Shown here one piece after another: positions 12,589-24,560 of a stretch of DNA of 64,000 bases. The DNA comes from Rhynchobatus australiae. Lineage: Eukaryota. Each line of letters begins with the position of its first letter. Position 1 is the first letter of the stretch. A model generated the notes under the pieces. It was not told where the DNA came from and ran no database searches. It worked only from the letters and a program-made list of their open reading frames with translations. A program made the translations under genes and the position numbers. Location of the stretch: positions 38,045,605 to 38,109,604 of the forward strand of contig JAUZTB010000033.1 of NCBI GenBank assembly GCA_034780895.1. Direction: 5' to 3'.

Positions 12589-15500
12589 ATGATGTTATCC
12601 CATCATATGAATCATTCAGCTGTTAAATTCCCATCATACTGTTTGAAGATTCTCCTGTTCAACGTTCCTCCCACAAAAAATACTACCAAAAACAATTAAC
12701 TGCAGTTTCATCTAAAAGTTGTTTGTAAAACATTGCTATACACTTTTAAGATACTTCTGTAAAAAAGTATATGGTGCTAGGTGTAAGTTCTTTTTTCCGT
12801 TCCTTCAGCACCATTTGCGTCAACAATCAGTGAATGCAGATCCTCTCATCTCAAAACAGAGGAAACAATTCTTACTTTTCCAAGAATATAATTATGAAAA
12901 TTATTTCCATTATGGCATGTCAAATGTGAGGACTGGTGAAATGTCTTGTTTAATACACGTACGTTTTAAGTATTTGTTTACTTTGTCGTGAAGGTAACTT
13001 TTTTTTTTATTCCTCTTTGCACATTTACAACTTTGGCCAAGAGGTTGAGTAGACCATTTTTAGGGTCTCTGAAAATGTTATTTGGGAATTGGCAATAACA
13101 GTCATTTTATCTATTGAAACATGAATGACTATAGAATGTGGTATCCATGCTGAGAATCTACACCAAAATAATATACAANNNNNNNNNNCTCAGGACCCCT
13201 CTCCCCCTCCTATAAACACAGCTATAAACTATCTTTGCAATCTGCAACTTTCTTAATTGTTGCACTTTGATGTTAGCCCCCAGTAGCACTTGATATTACG
13301 GTAATCCAATAAAACAAGGATTAAAATGTACAAAATAGAGCAGAATACAGCTTAAATAATATAAAATATCACAAAGACTTAAATATGATGAATCTTAATA
13401 TGACATATCTTTGAAGACCTATTATGGTGGAAGAGAAAGAATTTCATTCCTGGGGNNNNNNNNNNNNNNNNNNNGGCGATTTTGTGTTCCTGCTCTTAAC
13501 AAGTGTTCATCCCCAATTCTCAGAAAATGTTTCACATTTGTTGGGAGATTGGACTTTCTGTTCCTCTTTTCATCATGAGTAGGGTTTTATATAACAGACA
13601 ATTTAAGATATTCTTGTTAATATTGACTGTGATTGTAAATTGAAATGATTGTAGTATTTCTAAAGCTTTGAAGATTGTCGGTGGATAGGAACCCATTTTG
13701 TTTCTGGGGAGGGATAAGCTATTTGATCCCAATTTTGTACTGACTTGAATTTCTCGGAACAAACACTGGAATCAATGTGTTTGTTGTACTGAAATTTACA
13801 ACAATATAAGCAATGTGAATTTCTAGGTAATGACCTGCAGATAACAATTAATTATCATTAGTCATAATATCATAGAAGATTTACAATATATCGAGAGTAG
13901 AGAACATTATATTACAGGTAAAAAGTATAATGCAGCCATTTGTTAAATAAAATGTTCACTTGTAACAGGCATATTTCATTTATACTTAACTTTAAAGAGC
14001 AAGAGAAACAAATGTTTTTTTAGGGCTGTTCTCAAAACGTGAAGGATGTAATTCAGAATTTTCAGCCCAATTTCAAAGAGACATAATCACAGTACAAAAA
14101 TGTCCTAAATTAGATCATAATTGGACATCTAGTGTTTGGCTGACCAGTAGAGGGCATTCTTCTCATGTTAGAGTTAGGGTGCAAATGGATAATAATTGCT
14201 TTTACACATGCTATATCTGAGCTGGGAAAAGTGATGTCAATGCTTTTAAGAAAAGTTCAACATTATTCCATTCTTTAGTATTGATGAAACTCATCTTGAG
14301 CTTTAGCATGAAACTTATGGAATAGAGTATTGCCCTTAATTGTTGCCAAGTATAGGGTACTCTCTTCAATTATATTTTATTTCCCACAAAGGAAGTTAAT
14401 ATTAAGAAATGCCACCCTAATGCCAGGATCCCATATACATAAGTGTATATGACAAGTGAAGAGATATTCCTCAAATATCAAGAAAATTATACATTAGAAA
14501 GGAAGTTTTTGTATCTAATGAACATAGAAAGCAGGTTAGAATGAGCAAAATCATATCTTTTATTGAAGGTGTCAATGATTATAATGGTATTACAAAACTC
14601 TTCCGCAGTCTTTGATGTTGCTGAGTTGTGTAACTGTTAGAATGTTGAAAAGTTAAGTAAACAATTACAAACTCTTAAAAAGACTGTATGGTCATCAAAA
14701 GGAAGGGATAGGATCCATAACGAATGCTGTGGCATTCTTGTGGGAAAATGAACCCTTTCGGCTTTAATGATGCTACATATTATACTGAATAATCAAGTGG
14801 AAAACAATGTTTTGCCAAAAATATTTGTAGTGATTATAGAGAACAGCACTAGGATCTGGCTGAAATAACTGTATACAACAGATTTCACTTTGAATAAACA
14901 ATAATTAAATGAAGCACATCTTCAGAACTACATGCAGGCTGTAGAAAATAAATTAATTGGATTTCAATAATATGCAGCATACTTGATTTAGGTTGTATCA
15001 TTAACCGAAGATAAAAAGGCTAAATTCTGCCAGAAGTTTATTTTAAGAAGGGTATTCAAGAAGTAGGGAGGGAGCAGAGTTTCAAGGGAATTATAAATGA
15101 ACCAATAGCACAAGATCAGACTTTCAGAACATTTTCAGCAAACAGAATATGTTGTTGTGGCAACAATGAATATAGTATTCACAAAAAATTGCAAAAACTG
15201 AATTCATAGTTATAAGCAGATAGACTGTACCATATTTTACTGTCATACAGCTGTTCTGGGTCCTATAGATACATAAAATACTTGATATTCTACTTTATCT
15301 GTGCTGCTGTGATAAACATTCTGTGCTCAAATGCTACTAAGTATATATAATCTGTACTACTTAATAGATTTTGGAAAACAATTCCCTTTTAATTTCTTAT
15401 TAAATTGTTATTCATAGTTTTATTGCTTCTGAAAAACATAGAAATTTATAGATGAAAAAAGGCCCTTCTAGTTTGCCCTCCATGATTCTGATGGTTGTGT

Positions 15501-18500
15501 GATGCAACAACAAGGAAGGTTTTGATTAATCATGGCAATCAGTCAATATCAATTACACAGAAATTAGAAAAGGCTACTCAGTTTACTAACTGTACCAATG
15601 TCTCTGCTCCACATGAACATTCTCTCATCTTTGTTTATCTCACCCTATTAACTCATCCATCCATTCTTATCTGTCTCTTTAATCTAATGTCCCCTTAAAT
15701 ATAGGTCTATGCCTGTTCAACCCAACTATGCTATTTGTTGGCAAGGGTACAACTGACTCAGGCATAGAGCAAGGGAAAACTTTGAGATCCAAAGGCCACT
15801 TGTTTCTCCCAGAAAAACTTGCCATTCAAGCAACTACAAATATTTAAAAGTATTACTTCACAATATTTAAAAGTATTACATTATATAAGAAATGAAATTG
15901 TATTTAAATAAATCACAACTTTCTTCTCCCATTTGAACAATTGTTTTGAATGCACCTCTCTGTTTGAATACATAATTCTGCAGGTTATTTCAATTAAAGG
16001 TAATATGGAAATTAAAAATTTCCCCGGAGAGCCCCTTCTATATATCACCTGCTCCCTGAAAATAGTAATTCTCTATTGAGAGAAGTGCTACTTTCAATTG
16101 ACCTAACTTCAAGTTTGGGCTATTTCCTAAACTTTGCTAGTTTCAGACAATTATCCTTGTCCACATCACCTACTCCCTCTCAAATCCTATAAACATGAAT
16201 AATACCACTTCTCAAAATGCTTTATTTCAGTGATAAAACCTAATATATATACAATTCCTTCATACTTTCATCCATCAATTTATATTTTTTATCTGCACAT
16301 TGTTAATCAGTATCCAATAACCCATGCAGGGAAGTACATGAGGAAGCTCCCCTTTAAGAAAGCAATCAAAAATAATAGTGATTCAAAATAAATCTTGTTA
16401 CTTGTCTGTAANNNNNNNNNNNNNNNNNNNNNNNNNNNNNNNNNNNNNNNNNNNNNNNNNNNNNNNNNNNNNNNNNNNNNNNNNNNNNNNNNNNNNNNNN
16501 NNNNNNNNNNNNNNNNNNNNNNNNNNNNNNNNNNNNNNNNNNNNNNNNNNNNNNNNNNNNNNNNNNNNNNNNNNNNNNNNNNNNNNNNNNNNNNNNNNNN
16601 NNNNNNNNNNNNNNNNNNNNNNNNNNNNNNNNNNNNNNNNNNNNNNNNNNNNNNNNNNNNNNNNNNNNNNNNNNNNNNNNNNNNNNNNNNNNNNNNNNNN
16701 NNNAGAATTCCAAAGTTTCACAGTTCTCTGAGTGAGGAAATCTCATCCCAGTCCGAAATGAGCCTTTACCACAGACTGTCCTCCCTAGTTCTACATTCTC
16801 CAACCAGAGCAAACAACTTCTCAGTATCATAAGGCAAGTTTAAACTTCATTAGTTACCGACTTCAAAACTACAAGCATAGTTTTGTAAAAGCCCTGAACT
16901 ATTCCAAAAAGATCTTCTCATTCCTGTATAGCAAACACCTGCAAAAAAGCCAACATATACTCTGCCTTTCTCAAGGCTTGTCATTCACCCATCAATCTCT
17001 CACTAATGTGCCATTCACACCTGCTAAATGTATCATTGGTGCCACAAACAATCTTTGTGCTGTACATACATCTACAGCCTGTGCAAGCCATGCCAAATAA
17101 CTACTTGTTCATTGGCTTCATGAAACGGCACCTATCAGGTGATAACCATGTACACTTTAGCCAAATTTGCTAAAATTATATCTTTCATCTATTCTGTACC
17201 ATTCACAATCACTTGGACATGAATGCAAAAGGTTGCCATCACCCACCATCTTATTAATCCATGGTAAATGTTCACATATAAAACTGTTTGATACTTGAAC
17301 ACAAGAGAAACACAACGAGCAGGAGTATGCCATTTGACCCATCAAGCTTTCTCTGGTGTTCAGTAAGATCATTCTGATCCTTTCCCCTCCTCAACTTTCC
17401 TGCCTGCCCTGCATATCACAACTGCCATACTATACAAATCTAGAAGTCTCAGCTTTCAATATACTCCGTGACTGAGGCAGAAAATTCCAACTTCCTGATT
17501 AACGACATTTCTCATTTCAGTCCTAAATGGCCCATCCCCTATTTGGAGACTTTACCCCTAAATTTCAGATTCACCAGTTTGGGGAATCTACCCTATCAAT
17601 CTCTTTCAAAATCTTGATTGCTTCAATTGATATTACTTCTTTCTTCAGCGGGCATAAAAAGAGAACTGGAGTAGGGTTGTCATGGCAGAGCAGAGTATAT
17701 GAATGTGAGAAGAAAGGATGGGATGGGGAAGTGAAGGTAGGGAACCTGGGGCGTCTAATTAGGAGAGGAGAGTCCAACCTTTGCATTATATTTTGGAGAT
17801 GATTTTAAACTGAGATCATTCCATCTATTCAATAGATACAAAAGTTCCCAAATGCTAATTGTCTTCAAGTCCTGGCTAAATTACTTTCCAAAGGCAAAGC
17901 CAGATTAACTGATCATTCATCAGATTTATTGTGTGTCGCCTTGCCATGAGTAGCTATTGTGTTTGTCCTTTTTGACTTCAAAAATCAGAATTAATATGTT
18001 GTTAATACTTTGGGACACCCAAGAATGTGACAAAGTGATAGGGAAATGCAAGTCGTCTCACATTTAGAAGTATATATTATCATCAACCTTTGTCAAAAGA
18101 GTTAGAGGACAGATTCTGATCACTGAAATGTCGCAGGACCAATCTTATTTGTAATAGGCCTAGTTGTCTCTAACTGTTGGTTACTTTGTTCAGTTTATGT
18201 TTGAACTCACCTCCTGATATCTTCACTGATCTTAAGAGTTTAAGTGGTTTTGAACTCTTAATCCTAAACCTTTGAAACTGCGTAGTACAATTTTCACAAA
18301 AGCAAACACAAGAAGACTTAAGAAACTATTTTAAACAGTAGCAAATTATTTTTGTACTCTGCTGTAGTTTATTCAGATGCATTGTTACAACTCTGGTCAC
18401 ATACTGGACACTGTAGTATTTGCCTTGTCTTGCTTGTTTACATATGATCTGTTTGTAATTACACATGAGCAGAAAAATCACTCAGAGCAAATTAATTTCT

Positions 18501-19940
18501 GGTTTTTCAGTCACTATTCTACCAAGTAGACAAAACTGCATGGCTGGGAAACCCATTTTTAGTCCTCCCTATACAGTGTCTTTCAGATCAAATTAGAAAA
18601 AAAAGTGGCTACAGTAGAGGTGTCTCTCCAGTGAAAATAGCAAATATCAGGTTAATAATTGTTCTTAAAATGGCATGTTAATATAAAGTGTTGTTTACTA
18701 AGACTTTGAGCTCAGAGCCTGATAACAAAGTTCAAAATTAACTAGCCTATTTGTTAATATATGAGAGGAGAGATTAGAAAACCATTACTCTGGAGAAATA
18801 GATACTTGGGAGAGAATTGCAGATAAAGCAGTTCTTGCTGCGTTAATAAACAGTTTCAAAAAGATCGGCGTGGAGTTGTGAATAGTTCGAGAGGAGTGGA
18901 CACTTCATAAATGGAATGTCTGAATTACAAGCTCAGGATCAGCGTTCATAGAAATATCTGTATATTTTACAGCAATACTTGGTAAATAATACTTGCAATG
19001 CCATTAAACTGAGACGCTCCAAGGTGGGGTTTCCACCACAATAGCATTGGATCTATATCCGAAACCAAATCTCAAACATCAGTCTCAGCAGGGAAAAACA
19101 TTGTCTCCCACTTTCCTACCCAACTTTCTATAATTAATGATGGAGAGATGAGCCTGACAATCTGATTAATTTACTTGCTGTTCATATCTGATCCAGCTAA
19201 CCTCAGGGTCAAGAGATGGGTGATGGTAGTTCCCAAGAAGGCCAGTGATGCATCTTCTTGGAGCAAGAGTCCAATCTTGTGAAATTTCCCTCCCCACAGC
19301 TCTGCATCTTGACAACTTGCAGCTCTTTCTGAGAAGTAACAATAAAAATTAAAGTTTCTATACTTTGATACCTCTTCTCCACAGCTGTTGAGCCACAGAG
19401 GTGGACTTCCTCTGATTCAAAGAAGCTCACTTGTCCCAAAAATAACTATGATCTCAAAGATTGCTCTGAATACACTTATAATGTAAAATAAGTAAATATA
19501 GTAAAAAAGCAACGTAATGATCATGTATCATTTGTAGATATATTCCTTCACTCGCAGCGTAGGAAATAAAATCATTAAGTCTTAATTGTGCTGAAAGCAC
19601 AACATTTAGTTTGTAAACAGAAATAAGGATGTGCCCTCAAGGCCTATCTCTATACAAACTGATGTCAGAAAATTTTATGTAAACTTAAAAGCTATCTAAT
19701 TTGATTTGATTTGAAGCTGGACTGAGAAACATGAAATTGATATACTGAGATGTATGTTTGTTATATGGCATGTTAAGTGTTTAACAGGACAAACAAGATC
19801 TTGGTCTATTTTTTTAAATTTAGTTTATAAAAGACCGAGATAATGTTACAGCATTTAAAATAATTTGTTCAATATCATATACTGTTAAATGGTTTGATGT
19901 AATTTTTTGATAAAATGTGATGGAGGTGATTATGAATTTT

Positions 19941-19946
19941 AATAAA
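19941..19946 (+). promoter_or_regulatory. Candidate distal polyadenylation signal (others at 13308 and 13946)
   Basis: AATAAA following an AU-rich, TGTA-containing, repeat-poor stretch. Confidence 0.3.
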
Positions 19947-20647
19947 AATAATGAATGTGTTGGCTTACCTGAATTTCCATCCCCTTATTTCATCTGTGGC
20001 CAAGATAGCAAATGCTTGACTTTATATCTAAAGGCAAGAAAAGGATTGTGGTCCACTGAATATGTAAGTTCTTGTACTTTTGTTTTATTCTGGGTAATCT
20101 GAATTCAAGTTCTCACTGCAATATCTATTAACCTACTTTAACATAACTTTGATACTTCTTGTGCAGCAACACATTGTACTTTATCCAAAGCATTCTGAGC
20201 TTGCACATCCACTTCAACTGTCATTTTAGTGAACTCCTTCAGTCCTCACAACCCTGAGTTCTCCAGTTCTCACCACTTGTGCATCTCCAATGTTCATTGC
20301 TTCACTATTTTCAGCTATGCCTTGGGTCCATGAAATTTTGTTCTTAAATCTTTTTCCTATCTTCTCAGATCTACCACACCTGCCCTGGCTTACTTTCATA
20401 AGGTAAGCATAAGTTAAGCTTCATAAGCTAAGCACTAATCATAAGGCTTACTTTCAAAATTTGTTTGTTTGGTGAGCAGTCAGAGGACATTTTTAATAAC
20501 ATTGAAGATACTATATAAAAGCAGGTCCTTGTTGTCTGTAAACTAGCCTGACCAATAGAACAGTGTGAGTAATTTGGAGACATCACCTCAGAACTATAGA
20601 TGCATAGAGTCGCTGACACATTACACACTTAAGGAGTTCATTTTTAA

Positions 20648-20990
20648 TGGTGGCACAGCGGTTAATTTACTGGACTAACAATCAAGAAGCCTAGACTGAT
20701 AATCCAAAGACCCAAGTTCAAATTTCACCATGGCTGCCGTGGAGTGCAAATTCATTTAATAATCTGGAATTTGGGGAAGAAAAAAAACAAGTCTTAGGAA
20801 TAAGTACCACAAAGAGACCATCAGATTGTCTGGTTCACTAATGTACACCTGGGGAAGAAATCTGCTATCCTTACCTGTTCTAACTCTTAAATAGCCAGCA
20901 AGCCACTCTGTTGCAGGCAACTCACTGTGATGAGAAGGGACAATTTGGAATGGGCCATAAATGTTACCCCGACAGCGATATCCAGATCCT
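20648..20990 (+). mobile_element. tRNA-derived chondrichthyan SINE
   Basis: A-box-like ggtggcacagcggtt, B-box-like gttcaaat, body ctggttcactaatg...gaaatctgctatccttacctg, A-rich tail. Confidence 0.6.
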
Positions 20991-21122
20991 AAAAAATGAA
21001 AAAATAAATACCTTCTTCAAAGCCTTGCCTGTGCAAAATGATAGAGGATAAGTATGAAGGATTAATTTTAAGGTGGGGGGAAGGTATGTGTGGTGCTGAA
21101 CTGCATTTATGGGAATATTGAG

Positions 21123-21297
21123 ACACAAGAGATTCCGAAGATGCTGGAATCTGGCCAACACACACAAAAAGTGGTGGAGGAATTCAGCAGGTCAGGCAGC
21201 ATCTATGGTGAGAAATAAACAGTCAACCCAAAACATCGACTGTTTATTTCTCTCCACAGATGATGCCTGATCTGCTGAGTTCCTCCAGCACTTATTG
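21123..21297. mobile_element. Palindromic Penelope-derived element flanked by a 16-bp direct repeat (TSD)
   Basis: ttatgggaatattgag at 21107-21122 and 21298-21313; inverted arms 21170-21224 / 21238-21292. Confidence 0.8.
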
Positions 21298-21999
21298 TTA
21301 TGGGAATATTGAGCCTTGCTGCAAAGGAGAGTGCAAGACACGTGGCAATATTGTGAGCCTGAAATTTGGTATTACTGGAAGTTGGCAGTAGGATGGGCAC
21401 AAGGATGTTGTCAGGATGTGAAAACAAGAAAATATGCTCTAGATGAAGTTTCCTGAGTTTGGGATTGTTCGAGAGACACTTCAGGATCCAGGGTGGGGTA
21501 TGTATCCCATAGCTATTTATAAAGCACTGCTAACAATATGAAACATCCCAGGGCACTTGAAAGGAGTATTATCAAATAAAACTTAGACAAAATTTGTAAT
21601 TAGGTGGCATAAATATTTGGAGAGATGTCTAAAGGTTTGATTGTAGATATAGATTGTAAGAATCTTAGAGAGGGAAAGAATAGTAGAGTTAAAGGATATT
21701 TAAATGAAAGAATTCCAAAGACTAGGGACTAAGCAGCAGAAAGTTGGAGTGAATTCCATCAAACTCTAGACAATATTTCAATCCATAGCTTTTGCTTTCA
21801 GATCAGAACCTCTTTTAACCTTTATGTGACATTCTCCTTCCAAACCAATGTGAGGGAACAGTGATATAGATCCTATCCCTTTAGCTTCAATTACATCAAT
21901 TAGGCAACTGACATACTGATTCATAATATTCTTAATTTCACTCCCTGGGTAGTTATGTAGCACAGTGGATCACTCACATTTAAAATTATTAATTGAGGT

Positions 22000-22400
22000 A
22001 GTGTCTACTGTCTTATGTGGGGACAAAGATCCAGACTGCCAAATTTTACTAATGCAGATTTGTTTCTTAACTTCTCTCCTGTATGTTGGAATCTAATTTT
22101 GTCATATTCCCTTCTCCCAGAGAAAACCAGCAGAAAATGTCTCTCTCTTAGATCAGTTTCCTTGAAATTCTTAAAATCCTTTATTAAATGATATCTTAAT
22201 GTTCAATGGATAAACTTTGTATAATCTCCATTTAGATTCTAACTCCGAGAGCACTGGGAACAATCTGGTGAATCTGTGTTGCACTTCTTCCAGGGGCACT
22301 ATATCCTTTCCAATGATTGGTACACACTGTACATAGGACTCCAAATGTGACCCAACCAAAGCTTTTATAGTTACAACAAAACTTCATTCCCTTTATATTC
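22000..22400 (-). mobile_element. CR1-type LINE 3' fragment
   Basis: Minus ORF HLESYVQCVPIIGKDIVPLEEVQHRFTRL resembles the CR1 ORF2 C-terminus (LEYCVQFW...LExVQRRFTR). Confidence 0.7.
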
Positions 22401-24399
22401 TAACTTAATGACCTGGCTATACAGACCTCTTGATCTCCACTATTCACTGCATCTCACTCTTTAATTCATAGTCAGATCTATCTCTTTTTGCTATAAGATG
22501 GATCAGATCACACAGTCTGATGGATTTTCATTCATTAACTTAATCTATCAATGTCTTTTGAAATCTCTATCAGTACAATTAACTTATGCTTTATGCAGTT
22601 GAAAATTGATTTTCTTTGGAATAAAATGCAATAATGACCATTTCCAGTTTGTTGAAGTCACTTTGAAAATTTGACCAAGTACTTTCAGCAGTGGGTCACC
22701 TTTGTGGCCTTGATGTGATTTCTACATCAGGGATAGAGGATGATTCTCCATGCACGCTCCTTTTGGAGCACTGTAGGAGAATGATATCATTGACCACAAT
22801 GATATCAATGACCATATTGTCTTGGAAGCTCCTGCAACAAAATGGTCTTCTCAGCTGGCTGAACCCATATGGTCAAACTTGTTTTAGATTAAATATGGTG
22901 TCATTCATACCTATAAATTTAAGAGCAACTTGAAATCAATACAAGAGAACCAAACAGGCAAATGCATGTTATTCTGACATCTGTCATGATTTGTTTATTC
23001 TGTGGCAGTCAGTGGTACTCTAGCAAAAAGAAAGTATTTTTCACCATAGTCATCACATTAAATGAATTGGACTTCAAAATGAATGAAGTAATGTTTCATT
23101 TCCACAGAGCTTCCATAAGATCCTTGTTTGTATTCATGAAATAAGTGAATGGGAACAGTTCTTTGATGGGAGCAATCAATTCCCTCTTGTTGGGACTTCT
23201 TACAGACTGCATCAGGATGGGGTGCCCATTGCAGAATATCCATCCCCTTATCTCTTTTTCTTACCTCTGGCCAATTAATTTTGGGATATTTGAAATCCTC
23301 AATATTATTGGGAAGGATTGTGCTAAGCAGTTCCAAACAAGCTCCAGGCTTGGTTTCCATGCCGCTCCATATAGTGAAAAGGACTATAATTAGTGACTCA
23401 GCTTCATGAAGTGGATCCTGAAGCCCTGCCCCTCAATATTAATAGTGGAAGGGAAATCTTTGCAATTTTTTGTTTATGTTCTACAAATGCATCTAATTAT
23501 TCCACTACTAGAAGATGCCATAGAACTGTAAAAATGGAGTTCACGATTATGTCTTAGTATTCACATTTTACGCTAACCAGGCAATGGACTAATCTTAAAT
23601 TCCTAATTGTACTTTGTGCTAATGACATAAAACAAACCATGCTAAATTAACTTTTTTACTGCTTTTCAATTTAATAGCATAGAAGTTTAGTTGGAGTGTT
23701 TGTTTGGCAGATTCTAGAGTCCCGCTGCCAGAAGCCAGACATTTGTTCTATTTTTAGGAACAACAGAGTGTTTAAAATGAATGCCTTAATGTCAACCTTT
23801 GTATGGTATTTTGTTGTTCCCTGATGCCGTGGGATTTCTTTAAATCAGGTGCATCAAAGACTCTGAATGTTTAATAGGGCTTTTCTTGAGGTGCCAATAT
23901 AAAAACTTTATGGAATGTTGAGCAGGGTTTTCCTGGGAATTGCCATCATTATGGATCCAAAATTCCAGGAAATTAGGGAATGCATACTTTATGCTGAGAC
24001 CCTTTCCAAAACAATAAAAAATAATTAGATTATTTTATTTTAAGAAAAACTTGCAAGATATCAATGTCAGTGAAACCCTTGGTCTCAGTTAAAGTAATAA
24101 ACCAAAAGGTCTGAGCTTCTTAAGAATCAAGTTTAGGATTAATTTGCACCATTTTTTTCTAATTGAGGATGCCAAATTTGCACTGCCAGTTCATTTAATG
24201 AGTTCTATGTCCAGCCAGTGTTAACTGTACTTCAGCTGAAGGCCAGTAATGTAAGTGACAAATTTCAATTAAATTTGGCCTGCACTCTTTAAAGGGGAAG
24301 TCGTTGTGCTTATGGTCGTGCTGGAAGTGATTTTGTCCTGGAGTTATGGCACAATATGGGGAAAAGAAACACATACTCCAAGCATTTAAGACCTTGCAT

Positions 24400-24560
24400 T
24401 GGAGGCCGAGCAGTTGATATCCTTCATCTTTACTCTACCAATGGGCCCTCCAGGTACATATCACAAGTTAGTGGGGGTTGACAGCCATGGAGATTAATGC
24501 TAGAGGTCAACCCGACAGGACCTGGATGAAGCTGATGCAAGAAATGTGATGATTTCAACA
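24400..24560 (+). mobile_element. Degenerate Myb/SANT-like remnant (PIF/Harbinger-like)
   Basis: AMEINARGQPDRTWMK, then with a frameshift CKKCDDF, resembling EVNAxxxxxRTWxQCRKKFNDL. Confidence 0.4.
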
